Positions 62,352 to 64,000 of a stretch of DNA of 64,000 nt are shown here, piece by piece (within the stretch, counting starts at the first letter, position 1; each line of letters begins with the position of its first letter). Both the position numbers and the translations under genes were made by a program. The DNA is from Phoronis australis (Eukaryota; Animalia; Phoronida), in contig NMRA01000165.1 in the NCBI GenBank assembly GCA_002633005.1, positions 677,558 to 741,557 on the forward strand, read 5' to 3'. Under the pieces are notes generated by a model that was not told where the DNA came from, did not search any database, and was given only the letters and a program-made list of their open reading frames with translations.

Positions 62352-62517
62352 CAGGGGCGGATCCAGGATTTTGAGTTAGGGGGGCCAGGACAGAGTATTA
62401 GCTGCAGGATTTTGCCCGTCTGAGACATTCGCACCCCCGAACTGCCAAATGGAATCTGGGAGAATTTTAGGGAAAGGGGGGCATGGCCATCTTGGCCCCC
62501 CTCTAAATCCGCCAGTG
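62352..62517. mobile_element. CAGGGGCGGAT...ATCCGCCAGTG MITE family copy
   Basis: Terminal inverted repeat present. Homologous to 53861-53991 and 16967-17237. Confidence 0.7.
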
Positions 62518-63671
62518 TAACCATTGAGCAGTTTTCTAACCTTGAGTTTTTTAAACCCGTATAGTATATTGTGGACAATCAGAAGCTGAGGACGCCTGTG
62601 GTTTAAACTGCCTCAAAGGCGGTTGCCGACCCTCCCCATCGACTACGTCGAAAAGTCGCCCCCGCACACACTCTCCCCACCCCAGTGCTTATCGCCTCTA
62701 AAAATCTTGAGCCTCATCAAACGTGGCCCATCCCCCGGCACACTCTGCCTTTAAACACCCCCATGAGCACGGCGCGCCTCCCATCGCATGCTACCGCCTC
62801 TATGAGCCACCTCCGTTGCAAGCACGGCGCCAAAAAAGCCTTGAGTGTCATACGGGTGGCCAAATCCCGGCATGTGCTGATGCTAAAGCCACCACCATCA
62901 CCCCCCGCACGCTCCTCCTCAATCCGACAGGCCTTGAGTAGTGGGCTCCCAGCCGGAGCCGTGGACTGAGTATTTGCTTCACTTTTCTCAATAGGTGGCA
63001 ATAGTTGTCAAAGCGTAGTAATACCAAAAATTACACTACAACTTGTTCTTGAAATAAATTCCCTTTTAACAAGATTTCAGATTATTTTTAATAAAATACA
63101 ATGTCTTTGCGACATGATTTTTTATTTCTTGTGCGTCCTTATCGACATATACAGAATTTCCGAAATGCACCGTTTCTGAGCGAATGAATAATTACCACAT
63201 TTCGCGGTTAATCGTCGCTAAACATAAACATGGAGGATGGTACATGTATTATAACATTATGATAATGGGTACCAGTTTTTGATACAAATTGTACTGAATT
63301 TGAATCGTGATGGATGTAATTGCTCGCTCTATGTTTGGTGGAAGATCAACTGAAGGATACAGCTCGAAGGGACATCACGGTAAAGCATACACGCTGTGTT
63401 TCTGCACACACGTCGCACTCCAGACGGTGACCGTCTCTAACTCAATAGCTGGCCCTTAGGCTAGAGTTTAGACTAGTGCAGTAGGAGCTTCATACGCCGG
63501 AAGCTTTTCGGCGAATTATGCCTTACACTGCTTAAAACAGCAAAGTACCTTGTGCGCATTGAGGGTCACCTGAGGAGGCCGTTGATGTCTTTATTTCCTA
63601 CCAACTGGAACAAATAGTGAAATACTCAACTAGGGCTAGGCCTATGGCTATGAGTATGACTATGCAATCTT

Positions 63672-63737
63672 ACTTTTTCTTTGAGCTCGTCTTCGTTCAG
63701 TTGCACTTTTTCTTTGAGCTCGTCTTCGTTCAGTTGC
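63672..63737. repeat. Perfect 33-bp tandem duplication
   Basis: actttttctttgagctcgtcttcgttcagttgc x2. Confidence 0.9.
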
Positions 63738-64000
63738 CAGGTTGGATGGCACTAGTCGGATGTAGCGGTCCCACTTTAAACCACCATAACTTCTTTACTT
63801 TTTAATCTAGAATCATGATTTTAGTATCCACGACAATCCACGTGTTCACTAGGCGTATAGAAGTTCATCTGTGGCGTTAATTTTCCCATACCTTCATCCC
63901 ATGTTTAATTAATTGGCTTTGAAGTTCGAGTTCTTTTTCCGACTTTGATGGTTTAATCAGTGCGAGGCATAATTAGCTGAAATGCTTCTGGTATGTAAAG

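Noticed and set aside
62560-63001. GC-rich patch with overlapping ORFs on both strands
   Set aside because: No recognisable domain or splice structure. Probably a mobile-element fragment.

Overview
Eukaryotic (animal) genomic DNA, most likely a marine invertebrate (inference from GT-AG introns and transposon types). It is AT-rich, repeat-dense, and has three single-N assembly joins at 8499, 20131 and 22098. Four spliced genes can be reconstructed by hand. (1) A minus-strand SAMD9/SAMD9L-family STAND NTPase: its large exon splices in frame to an upstream CARD exon, and its AlbA_2 nuclease catalytic residues look degenerate. (2) A complete 15-exon SDHA (665 aa) with an NRF-1/YY1/CCAAT promoter. 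(3) A CHST11-like Golgi carbohydrate sulfotransferase. (4) A 3-exon L-rhamnose mutarotase (RhaM) family gene, a family known mainly from bacteria and fungi. The first 25 kb is largely transposon debris: three TTAA-flanked Kolobok-like elements (two with THAP remnants), a Sola3-like long-TIR relic, a Gypsy LTR element, a LINE fragment and MITEs. The two most interesting observations are the CARD-SAMD9 fusion with an apparently dead nuclease, and a pair of Kolobok-like elements whose insertion forms a GT-AG intron that would exactly restore the interrupted reading frame. All calls were made by eye; no searches were run.
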